DNA of 64,000 nt from an uncultured Planctomycetia bacterium (GTDB lineage: Bacteria > Planctomycetota > Planctomycetia > CAXEIY01), in the NCBI GenBank assembly GCA_963996245.1, contig CAXEIY010000248.1, positions 44,701 through 108,700 on the forward strand, read 5' to 3'. This document shows, piece after piece, positions 29,301-37,423 of this stretch (position 1 is its first letter; the number at the start of each line of letters is the position of its first letter). The notes under the pieces were generated by a model that searched no databases, was not told the origin of the DNA, and saw only the letters and a program-made list of their open reading frames with translations. The position numbers and the translations under genes were made by a program.

Positions 29301-30068
29301 CAATTACTGGAACAAAATAAAACCGAACCATCAATTGAACAGCAGGATAACGCACTACAGTCACTTGAAAGCGCTCAAAAACAGCTTGCTGACGCCAGAC
29401 GCCGTGCGGAATCACAACGCACGCTGGAACAATTTGCCCAGCTCCAGAATCAAATCGCAACCGTACGAAAGCGCCAAAATGCTATTTACAAACAAACCGA
29501 GCAACTGCAACTCGATTATTCAGAACAAGGAAGATGGACACGACGAACCCTGAAAACTCTGCGACAATCAACCCAGGAACAGAATGCCCTCAGGCAACAG
29601 GCTGACACATTAACCGAACAACTGACTGGAGCACCTGTTTTCCATCTGTCATTGTCGGGAGCGACGCGCAAAATGGAGGATGCGGCTCAGCGGCTCAGCG
29701 ACCGTAAAACCGATTCCCTGACACAAAAAACGCAGCAGGAGGTTATCCGCCGGCTGACAGATATCCTTAATGCACTTCAGGCAACAGCCGCAGACAAATC
29801 TGCTAATAATGAAGGGAATGCAAATGAATCGGGAGGTGGTCAAGGAGGTGGATCTCCGGCAAACAACGGCATTCCACCTGTGACACAGTTAAGATTACTC
29901 AAAAGCCTCCAACAAGGTGTCAATAATCGTACTCGTGTGTTAGATCAATCCAAAGGTCAGAATCCCGAAATGGGAATTGAAGATGACCTGCTTTTTGATC
30001 AGCTTAGTGAAGAACAAGGCCAGATCGCAGATCTCCTTATGGAACTACTTCGTCCCGCATCAGATTGA
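26352..30068 (+). CDS. giant membrane-anchored coiled-coil protein (DUF4175-like), terminal large gene of the MoxR/BatA operon
   Basis: 1238 aa with two N-terminal TM helices. The long C-terminal half is rich in Q/E/L/R heptad-like coiled coil (LQRLLQMQELAQGQIRDLQRQITFA...), ending in a G-rich segment (ESGGGQGGGSP). Confidence 0.55.
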   Translation: MYITCSKRFQIDSRISRKMAHLLQEQVRAVGHRIRRLLFLYGACYTFCFAVTLLLVIGFIDWGLHHLQFTFIDDRGIRILVTLFIALSSSWCFWKFVVRPQCIRLSDIHLARWVETRYPQLRDSLTSAIHFLENEERNLLFGSDSLRQAVISKTTHQLENLNLKDVLETFQIKRAVVGALTAISVSVAIAYLSPIYASRALARITNPFSTTPWPKQTELKLLKVSRRVVKGDPFHMEVQVKRGLVPRQSFIDYQLPGPTSTITTAPLMRNGSILKATRKSPQSSFDVRIRAGDDLIDWQNITVIDPPRLETLQAQLFYPPYTRKEPETLAVNRGNINALPGTRVLVHGSSNKPLRSAALTVNGHTTPIVPNKKSRSVATEFTVNNNGSYSLSLTDREPEAFNNHRSRVEYEIQTIPDLMPEVTFEEPTSHQQVTAHARVPLRIMTRDDWGIATITLRYQQEDTATDIPSSILLYDQADRPLQMSTDFIWHLDQLPLNPGSTLNIHAEATDYDDINGPHTGKSELLRLEIVSEQAILDQVSDRQTSLKHDLQRLLQMQELAQGQIRDLQRQITFATRLTAPDIDTLESAETAQQHVSRGLTNHSDGALGRIQQLSDQLKINRINDPETQTRLETMSNLIRQLQETSLPTIEQELVRARKASINELSNPSSVTPTPPIDNREQSDSNPSLKLPQNSLPSESRTPTLQTRSTVAPPSPSIKASSYSQTTQTALGRAETHQQEVIASIETMLGDVSAWADKRELLRDIDELIGSQKKLLQETASLTQQASESFEKGSQQEATLQRLAGRQMELSSRTQRSLRKLEIPPSSTADSKAIAPDAFKEAADFARNKALTETMHQAAEHLSNQRMGQALQTEQESLTHLEALKEVLNDDRDKQLSRLAKQLREAEQQLEGIRTQQKLQRDKTQQTTTIGESKEHKNALESLRKSQQNIQKSTRQLSAELQQIDAFQAGQSTQQAAAQMTEADQLLEQNKTEPSIEQQDNALQSLESAQKQLADARRRAESQRTLEQFAQLQNQIATVRKRQNAIYKQTEQLQLDYSEQGRWTRRTLKTLRQSTQEQNALRQQADTLTEQLTGAPVFHLSLSGATRKMEDAAQRLSDRKTDSLTQKTQQEVIRRLTDILNALQATAADKSANNEGNANESGGGQGGGSPANNGIPPVTQLRLLKSLQQGVNNRTRVLDQSKGQNPEMGIEDDLLFDQLSEEQGQIADLLMELLRPASD

Positions 30069-30865
30069 GAAACCACGTGATTGACTCACTGCTTTTATCA
30101 CATACCCTGGGATTCTGCCTGATTTCAGGATTTAACAGCCCTTGGGATCCATCCCATTCGGAATTAATCCTTCAGACCTCTTCTGAATCCGGTTATGAAC
30201 TCAAAGTTCAAATCGATCGGGAACCTCCTGTTCCAGATGTCACTGACAGTTTAATCCCAGGTATTTTTCAACCAGAGAACACGGCTGCAGTATACGATGA
30301 TCCTGATGGAAATCCTCTCCAAAGAAAGCGGAACCATCTCCTGAAAAATCACGAACCTGATTCGGTATTACCGAAACAAGCGAAGCAGGGTAATCCCTTG
30401 ATCCATATCGGACAACATATGCAGGCTGTGAAAAAGCGGCTTGCAGAGTCTCATAGCGGAAAGGCTACTCAGAAGATGCAGGCGCAAATTGTTGAGGATC
30501 TCAACAATTTGCTGTCAAAACTTGAAAGTTCCGAACAACAACAACCCTCCTCCATGCAACGACAGCCACCTTTACCGTCCCAGAAGCCAGAAAAACCGCA
30601 GAATTCAACAAGCCAGAAAACTCCGTCTCAGACATCGCAATCTGCGAAACAGGCAGGTCAAACAGCTGCGGCCGAACACATTCAGAGAAATTCCAGTCGT
30701 GCTCTGCTTAAAGCAATCTGGGGGCATCTCCCTGATCGTCTGCGTGAACAGCTCGAACAAAGAGCCGATCTCGTTTTCCTGCCACAGTATGAATTACTAA
30801 TTGAAAGTTACTTTGAAGCCCTCCTGGATAAGAACACGTCCTCACCACAACCCCCTTCACGTTAG
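30065..30865 (+). CDS. hypothetical S/Q/P-rich low-complexity protein; start overlaps the stop of the preceding gene (TTG/GTG start uncertain)
   Basis: 266-aa ORF with a hydrophobic N-terminus (LLLSHTLGFCLISGF) and a low-complexity middle (QQQPSSMQRQPPLPSQKPEKPQNSTSQKTPSQTSQS). Its 4-nt overlap with the upstream ORF suggests translational coupling. Confidence 0.4.
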   Translation: MRNHVIDSLLLSHTLGFCLISGFNSPWDPSHSELILQTSSESGYELKVQIDREPPVPDVTDSLIPGIFQPENTAAVYDDPDGNPLQRKRNHLLKNHEPDSVLPKQAKQGNPLIHIGQHMQAVKKRLAESHSGKATQKMQAQIVEDLNNLLSKLESSEQQQPSSMQRQPPLPSQKPEKPQNSTSQKTPSQTSQSAKQAGQTAAAEHIQRNSSRALLKAIWGHLPDRLREQLEQRADLVFLPQYELLIESYFEALLDKNTSSPQPPSR

Positions 30866-31085
30866 CCCTTCTGGCGGCTGTACCGACACGACTCCCCTCG
30901 GGTAAGCAGGTCACACTCAAAACGTGTTCCGTACCCTGCCCATAGGGATGCCGGTTTCGGACAATTGGATCATCTTGCCGCCACGCTCTGGGGAGCGTAT
31001 CATACGAGGCAATTCTTATTTCGATTGTTCATGCCTTACGGCGCAAACGCTATCATTTAGATTACTGACCAAACAGGATGACCTG

Positions 31086-31433
31086 ATGTACATGGTATGG
31101 TTACCTTCAATCTGGCTGGCCCAAGATGGGGGAGATGCAAATCCTCCTTTTACAGAAACAATTTTATTCCCGATGATCCTGATCATGGGCATGTTTTTCT
31201 TCTTCCAGATAATGACACAGAGGAAAAAGGGCAAACAACGGGACGCCATGCTGAGTGGGTTAAAAAAGAACGACCATGTTATCGCAGCCGGTGGCATATA
31301 CGGTGTGATAACCAACGTCAATCCGGATGACCCACATGTCATGATACGGGTAGATGACACCACAAACTGTAAACTACGAATAGCTAAAGCCTGTATTCAG
31401 GAACTCATAAATAACGCTGAAGCCAACGAGTGA
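31086..31433 (+). CDS. yajC: preprotein translocase subunit YajC
   Basis: MILIMGMFFFFQIMTQRKKGKQRDAMLSGLKKNDHVIAAGGIYGVITNV is the YajC signature. The track ORF starts at 30924, but the ATG at about 31086 (MYMVW...) gives the typical roughly 115-aa size. It lies immediately upstream of secDF. Confidence 0.8.
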   Translation: MYMVWLPSIWLAQDGGDANPPFTETILFPMILIMGMFFFFQIMTQRKKGKQRDAMLSGLKKNDHVIAAGGIYGVITNVNPDDPHVMIRVDDTTNCKLRIAKACIQELINNAEANE

Positions 31434-31519
31434 TTCAAATAACCGTCAATTTAAGGTGAATAACAAATGAACGCAACGCAGTCACTTCCCTACACGTAAA
31501 CCACGTTTCTCATACCCAA

Positions 31520-34500
31520 GTGCCCCCGTCTCTGGCGACCCGGAACCCTCCTTCTTTCAGTGAACCTATGCAAACAATCAGCTTTTATTTATGGCTTATC
31601 ACGCTTCTCCTTGGTCCTTTGCTTTTAGCCGGGATTTTATCTCGACTACTGAACATCAGAACCTATCTGATCAAGCTTGCCATCGTTTTCTACGCTCTGG
31701 CATTTCTAGTTGTCGGTCCATTGCTAGTAGAACAGCGGACTCCCCGATTCGGCATTGACCTCAAAGGTGGGACCATTCTGGTCTATGAAATGGATCAGGA
31801 TAAAATTCCTGCAGACATGAGCGGACGTGAGTTGATGGAGAAAATGACGGCTGCGGTCATTCGACGCGTCAATCCTGCAGGCACCGATGATGTTATCGTG
31901 CGTGCAGCAGGCTCTGAGTCTCTTGAGGTGATTGTCCCAGGAACCACTGCCCAGGAGATCAACAACTACAAAAATCGCATAACCAATATTGGAAACCTGG
32001 AGTTTCGAATTCTGGCCAATAGAAAGAATCCCACGTTGCGCCGTTGGATTGAGTTAACAGAATCAAAGAGCGACCAGCCAGCTCGCTACCCATTTCCTAG
32101 CAGTGTTTTACAACCGGTCCGTCTCGAGACAGAAACAGGGGAACCGCAGACTGAAGAACGGGCTGTTGCAAGCTGGTTTAAGGTTAACACCGATGAAGCC
32201 GCACGAAAAAACCTTACGGAAACTATCGATGGTGTTTTCAACTCTCAGAATCTAAGTACACCGGTCGATTCCGATTCTCGTACAGCCTTGTCTGATCTCG
32301 AACTTTCTCCTGCTTTCTGGACCGATCTGGAACAGGCGATCTCCGAACCCCCTCGGGATTTTTTCAGCATTCCTGACGATCATAAAACGCAGATAGAACA
32401 AGGGACTGTTGCTGGATTATATCACTATGTGAAAGGTGCCCGTACTCTTTACCTGGACAGAGACGTTGCCTGGAATATTGACCCGGAACAAGGATTAATG
32501 GTTCTGGTGGTTGAACCCCTTCGCGATTCGGAAGTGCGTAATCAAGTGCGTTACCTACCCGTAACCGGTGAATTCCTAAAACGTGCCTCTCAAAGCGTAG
32601 ACTCTGACGGTACTCCTGCCGTCTCCTTCAACCTGGACAGCCAAGGCGCCACACGTTTCCTACAGCTCACACGTGCCTTCCAACCCGATGCTGATGGCTC
32701 CAAAAGTAGACTTGCCATTCTCCTGAACAATGAAATCCAGTCCGCTCCCAGCTTAAATGAACCCATTTCAAACAATGGTCAGATCTCCGGTAACTTCACG
32801 ATAAAAGAAGCAGAAGATCTCATTGCCGTGTTGAATGCCGGCGCTTTGCCTGCTGCGTTAAATCCCACGCCTGCACATGAGTTTGGAATAGGCCCAACCT
32901 TTGGAAAGGACACTGTTGATAAAGGCAGCAAGGCCATCATCTTCGGAATGGCAGCCGTGTTGCTCTTTATGTTGAGTTATTACTGGTTGGGTGGATTTGT
33001 TGCAGATTTCGCCCTTGTTTTAAACCTCAGTATGACACTCGGACTGATGATCCTTATCGATGCAAGCCTGACCCTTCCAGGACTTGCTGGTCTGGTCCTT
33101 TCTGTTGGCATGTCGGTAGATGCAAACGTTCTTATTTTCGAACGACTGCGCGAAGAACAGGCTCGTGGATCGAGTTTTCGTGTGGCCATTCAGAATGGTT
33201 TTGACCGTGCAAGACGAGCCATCGTGGACGCCAATGTTACTACCCTCCTGACCGCATTGATCCTCTACTCGATTGGAACGGACCAAGTGAAAGGCTTTGC
33301 CGTCACTCTCATTATCGGAATCCTAATGAGCATGTACACGGCACTGTTTGTAACTCGACTCGTTTTTGAGGTAGCAGAACAAAAACACTGGGTCACAAAG
33401 TTCAGCGCCGTCAACCTAATCGGTACTCCCTCCCTCGATTTTGTGGGGAAAAATCGTTTTTGCGCTGTCCTTTCTATAATCCTGATTGTGAGTGGATGCG
33501 GTTTATTTTTCTCCGGAGGCGTGGAAAAAAATCTGGATATTGATTTCACGGGTGGAACAGCTGTCGGTATCCGTTTTAATGAAAATTCCCTCTCTACATC
33601 CGCTACTCTGAGAGACCAATTATCTGAGATTCCTGACCTTGCTATCGAAGAGCTTCAATTTGCGAATCGTCCCACAGGAGAACGATTCATCATCCGAACA
33701 TCAGATCAAGACGCCACCAAAGTAAAAGGTATCATCAACAAGTCCTTGGGTGATCAGCTTGTTCGCGTTCATCTCCAAGAGATAGAACCACTGCCGCAGG
33801 ACAACGTAACTTCGGACGACCCGATCGAACTCCAGCGGCAAACATGGCGACTGCGGTTCGATGAGGAAGTATCGGTAACCGCTATCGATGAGATGTTTAC
33901 CGTGATCCTGGCCCAGAGTGCCCTTCCCAATGCCAATCCCCAGTGGCAGACCAGCGACAGTACGGATACGGATTCCGGATTGTCGAAACAACTGACACTT
34001 TCGGTTTCTGCAGATGTTACAGCTACCAATATTGAGCCCCTTCTAGAGCAATTAAAAACACAGCTGGAAGAGGAACCGATCTTTGAACAGACGCTCAACT
34101 TCGGTTCACGGGTTGCATCAGAAATGCAGACACGAGCTTTATTCGCTATCGTCTTGAGCCTCATGGGTATCATTGGTTACCTTACTTTTCGATTCCAGAA
34201 GCTCATTTTTGGACTTGCTGCTGTTATCGCGCTGATTCACGATGTCCTTATATCCTTGGGTATGATTGCAGTCAGTTCCCACTTCGAATCGATGGGATTA
34301 TCCATTGAGCAGTTTAAGATCAACTTACCGATGATTGCTGCATTCCTTACCCTCATCGGCTATTCTCTCAATGACACCATTGTTACTTTCGATCGCCTGC
34401 GTGAAATTCGTGGTAAGAGCCCTGACATCAATTCTGAGATGGTCAATCTAACCATTAATCAAACCTTGTCGAGGACCGTTCTGACGTCCCTTACGACACT

Positions 34501-34672
34501 TATGGTCGTCGTGATAATGTTCATTGCAGGAGGAGAAGGGGTCCGGGGATTTGCCTATTGCCTGCTAGTTGGTGTCGTGACCGGAACCTACAGTTCCATC
34601 TATATTGCAAGCCCCGCTCTCCTATGGATGTCCAAATTCAAGATTTTCGCGGGATCAGAACAACGTTTTTAA
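31520..34672 (+). CDS. secDF: protein translocase SecD-SecF fusion
   Basis: 1050 aa. SecD TM bundle (GLAGLVLSVGMSVDANVLIFERLREE) and SecF module (IALIHDVLISLGMIAVS...TFDRLREIRG), with the large periplasmic domain between them. Confidence 0.9.
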   Translation: MPPSLATRNPPSFSEPMQTISFYLWLITLLLGPLLLAGILSRLLNIRTYLIKLAIVFYALAFLVVGPLLVEQRTPRFGIDLKGGTILVYEMDQDKIPADMSGRELMEKMTAAVIRRVNPAGTDDVIVRAAGSESLEVIVPGTTAQEINNYKNRITNIGNLEFRILANRKNPTLRRWIELTESKSDQPARYPFPSSVLQPVRLETETGEPQTEERAVASWFKVNTDEAARKNLTETIDGVFNSQNLSTPVDSDSRTALSDLELSPAFWTDLEQAISEPPRDFFSIPDDHKTQIEQGTVAGLYHYVKGARTLYLDRDVAWNIDPEQGLMVLVVEPLRDSEVRNQVRYLPVTGEFLKRASQSVDSDGTPAVSFNLDSQGATRFLQLTRAFQPDADGSKSRLAILLNNEIQSAPSLNEPISNNGQISGNFTIKEAEDLIAVLNAGALPAALNPTPAHEFGIGPTFGKDTVDKGSKAIIFGMAAVLLFMLSYYWLGGFVADFALVLNLSMTLGLMILIDASLTLPGLAGLVLSVGMSVDANVLIFERLREEQARGSSFRVAIQNGFDRARRAIVDANVTTLLTALILYSIGTDQVKGFAVTLIIGILMSMYTALFVTRLVFEVAEQKHWVTKFSAVNLIGTPSLDFVGKNRFCAVLSIILIVSGCGLFFSGGVEKNLDIDFTGGTAVGIRFNENSLSTSATLRDQLSEIPDLAIEELQFANRPTGERFIIRTSDQDATKVKGIINKSLGDQLVRVHLQEIEPLPQDNVTSDDPIELQRQTWRLRFDEEVSVTAIDEMFTVILAQSALPNANPQWQTSDSTDTDSGLSKQLTLSVSADVTATNIEPLLEQLKTQLEEEPIFEQTLNFGSRVASEMQTRALFAIVLSLMGIIGYLTFRFQKLIFGLAAVIALIHDVLISLGMIAVSSHFESMGLSIEQFKINLPMIAAFLTLIGYSLNDTIVTFDRLREIRGKSPDINSEMVNLTINQTLSRTVLTSLTTLMVVVIMFIAGGEGVRGFAYCLLVGVVTGTYSSIYIASPALLWMSKFKIFAGSEQRF

Positions 34673-34690
34673 CTGGTTCCAGACCAGATA

Positions 34691-36022
34691 ATGAACGCGA
34701 AACTCACTGACCGGGATCTTCTCTATATGACTGACTGGAAAGCTTTGCAAGACACATTGTCTCCCTGGATACAAGATGCTCCCCGTCATGCCAATGTTGA
34801 ACTACCGTTGAAAGCAACGGTTAAGCCGGAATCAGACGATGACTTACAACACGTCTTGGCTATTGCAGAGAACCACCAGAGTGTTCTCTACCCTATTGGT
34901 GGTGGCACTTCCCTCGATTATGGCTGTCCTGCACAGTCCGATGGCCTGGGAATCCTAATGACAGACTTGGATGAAATCGTCGATTACCCCGCTAAAGATA
35001 TGACGATTACCGTGGGTGCCGGTATTACCATGTCCAAACTCTCCAAGATCCTTCTTAACGAACAACAGCAATTACCAATCGACGTGCCATCCCCTGAATA
35101 TGCAACCCTGGGGGGTGTGCTCGTAACTAATACAAGTGGTCCTGGACGATATGGATACGGAACGATCCGGGATTATGTTATTGGTTTGACCGCCATGGAT
35201 GCCTCTGGCAACGCCTTTCAATCTGGTGGCCGTGTAGTGAAAAACGTAGCAGGTTATGATCTCTGTAAATTACTGATCGGTTCACTCGGAACACTCGGCA
35301 TTGTTTCCCGAGTGACACTGAAAGTACGTCCTCTCGTCGATACCGCTGTTCTAGTTTGTCTTTCTCTGGGAGACCAGCTGCATCGATTTGACAGCGTGAT
35401 CGATCAACTCACCCATACGGTAACACGGCCTGTAGCAATCGAATTGCTTAACTCTCAAGCAACACAGCTCCTCTCCCAAGAATCGGAATGCCTTCTCCCA
35501 GCAGAAGGGTATTCCCTGCTACTTGGATTTGAAGGGACAGAAGAAACCGTCGCCTGGCAGCAGGATCAGTTGCAAAGTGAACTCCAGATTCTTCCTGCAC
35601 AGATTACGAGTTTTACCGGCGAGGATCGCAACCGGCTATGGCAATCCTTGTCCGAGTTCATGTCTCTTGACGCCCCTTTAACTCTGAAAGCCAATGTACC
35701 CAGCAGTAAAGTGTGCTCCCTGATAGAGCCACTCACTCATCATGGTTTTTCCATTCAATCCCACGTAGGAAACGGTATTGTAATAGGAAAGCATACGGAC
35801 TTTGATAATGCCCAATCTGCAGAAGCCATCATCCAACCCATCCGTAGGAGCGCAGTTGAAATGGGAGGAAACCTAATTATCCTCCGGTGTCCAACAAACT
35901 GGAAGCAATCCATTCCTGTCTGGGGCCAACCGCGTCAAGATGAAGACATCATGCGCCTGATCAAAAGTAAATTCGACCCTCGAAACGTTCTCAATCCTGA
36001 CCGTTTCATTGGCACCATTTAA
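34691..36022 (+). CDS. FAD-binding PCMH-type oxidoreductase (glycolate oxidase GlcE-like subunit)
   Basis: FAD_binding_4 motifs: VLYPIGGGTSLDYG, VGAGITMSKLSKIL, LGGVLVTNTSGPGRYGYGTIRDYVIGLTAMDASGNAFQSGGRVVKNVAGYDL. Confidence 0.75.
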   Translation: MNAKLTDRDLLYMTDWKALQDTLSPWIQDAPRHANVELPLKATVKPESDDDLQHVLAIAENHQSVLYPIGGGTSLDYGCPAQSDGLGILMTDLDEIVDYPAKDMTITVGAGITMSKLSKILLNEQQQLPIDVPSPEYATLGGVLVTNTSGPGRYGYGTIRDYVIGLTAMDASGNAFQSGGRVVKNVAGYDLCKLLIGSLGTLGIVSRVTLKVRPLVDTAVLVCLSLGDQLHRFDSVIDQLTHTVTRPVAIELLNSQATQLLSQESECLLPAEGYSLLLGFEGTEETVAWQQDQLQSELQILPAQITSFTGEDRNRLWQSLSEFMSLDAPLTLKANVPSSKVCSLIEPLTHHGFSIQSHVGNGIVIGKHTDFDNAQSAEAIIQPIRRSAVEMGGNLIILRCPTNWKQSIPVWGQPRQDEDIMRLIKSKFDPRNVLNPDRFIGTI

Positions 36023-36057
36023 CCCTCCTTCATCCTGAATTCGCGTGAACAACACCC

Positions 36058-37407
36058 ATGGCTTCTTCTACCTCAACTCCTATTGCCAGTTCAACACAGC
36101 CGGGTAGTAATATTGATTACGAGCGATTTCTGGATTGCGTTCATTGTGGACTTTGCACCGCTTCGTGCCCGACCTATTTGGAAACAGGTAATGAGAATGA
36201 CAGTCCAAGAGGTCGAATCTATTTAATGCGTGCAGTCGTGGATCAGCGCATTGAACTGACTAGCAAAGTCGAAAAACACCTGGACCTTTGTCTAGACTGT
36301 CGTGCTTGCGAAACAGCCTGTCCATCTGGCGTAAACTATGGTCGACTGATTGAACCATTCCGGACATCCATACGGGATAAAGGAGACTGGTTTGAGCGGT
36401 GGATCCTTCACTGGCTGCTTCCGAATCCGAAACGAATGCGGCTCGCTCTAGCACCCGTACGTTTTATGCAGTTTATAGGACTGGACGGATTGATTCGGAG
36501 TCGATTGCTGACTAGTTTGCTCCCTGGGAAAAAACTGAAACAATTACATGCGATGTTACCACCGCCTCAGAAAAACATAGCTCCCCTACGTAGTTATTAC
36601 CCTGCTAAAGGTAAAAAAAGAGCCACGGTAGCACTGTTTGAGGGTTGTGTGTCCGACATTTTCTTCCGACATACCAATCGGGCAACCACGCGTGTTTTAC
36701 AGGAAAATGGTTGCGACGTTCACATTCCCACTGACCAAGGTTGTTGTGGAGCCATTCACTACCATTCCGGATCCGATCAACCCGCGATCAATTTTGCGAA
36801 AAGCAACTGCGTTTCTTTTAATCCCGATCAATACGATGCCATTATTGTGAATGTAGCCGGTTGTGGTTCTATGTTAAAGGACTATCCACATCTGGCAGCA
36901 GAAAATGCTGCTCTTTCAAAATCAGCTGATTTCTCTTCAGAAATGGCAAACCGTTTCTCCTCCAAAGTAAAAGATATCTCCGAATTTCTTTTAGAACTCG
37001 GACCTCGTCCCCCCGAAGGAGCCATCCCTCTCACCGCTACCTATCATGATGCCTGCCATTTAGCTCATGCCCAGCAGATTCGTGAAGCTCCTCGGAAACT
37101 ATTGGAAATGATCCCAGAGTTGAATCTGGTTCCACTCGAAGAATCTGAGATTTGTTGCGGTGCTGCGGGTACTTACAACCTAACCGAACCTGAAATGTCT
37201 GATCGTCTGGCAAAACGAAAACTGGACAGAATCGGTAACACCAAGGCACAGGCCGTGTTCACCTCGAACGCTGGATGCCTGTTACAAATCGCTAAACAAT
37301 CTCGTCTCAATCGGAATCCTCTATGGGTGGCCCATCCCATTGACATCTTGGATATGAGCTACCGAGGACTTCAGCCATCCCACCTGACAAGCACCACGGA
37401 TAGGTAA
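36058..37407 (+). CDS. Fe-S/CCG-domain oxidoreductase (glycolate oxidase GlcF-like subunit)
   Basis: Two ferredoxin-type 4Fe-4S motifs (CVHCGLCTASCP and CLDCRACETACP) plus paired Cys-rich CCG domains (GCCGAIH, CCGAAGTYN). Confidence 0.75.
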   Translation: MASSTSTPIASSTQPGSNIDYERFLDCVHCGLCTASCPTYLETGNENDSPRGRIYLMRAVVDQRIELTSKVEKHLDLCLDCRACETACPSGVNYGRLIEPFRTSIRDKGDWFERWILHWLLPNPKRMRLALAPVRFMQFIGLDGLIRSRLLTSLLPGKKLKQLHAMLPPPQKNIAPLRSYYPAKGKKRATVALFEGCVSDIFFRHTNRATTRVLQENGCDVHIPTDQGCCGAIHYHSGSDQPAINFAKSNCVSFNPDQYDAIIVNVAGCGSMLKDYPHLAAENAALSKSADFSSEMANRFSSKVKDISEFLLELGPRPPEGAIPLTATYHDACHLAHAQQIREAPRKLLEMIPELNLVPLEESEICCGAAGTYNLTEPEMSDRLAKRKLDRIGNTKAQAVFTSNAGCLLQIAKQSRLNRNPLWVAHPIDILDMSYRGLQPSHLTSTTDR

Positions 37408-37423
37408 TGGTACCCACCACAAG

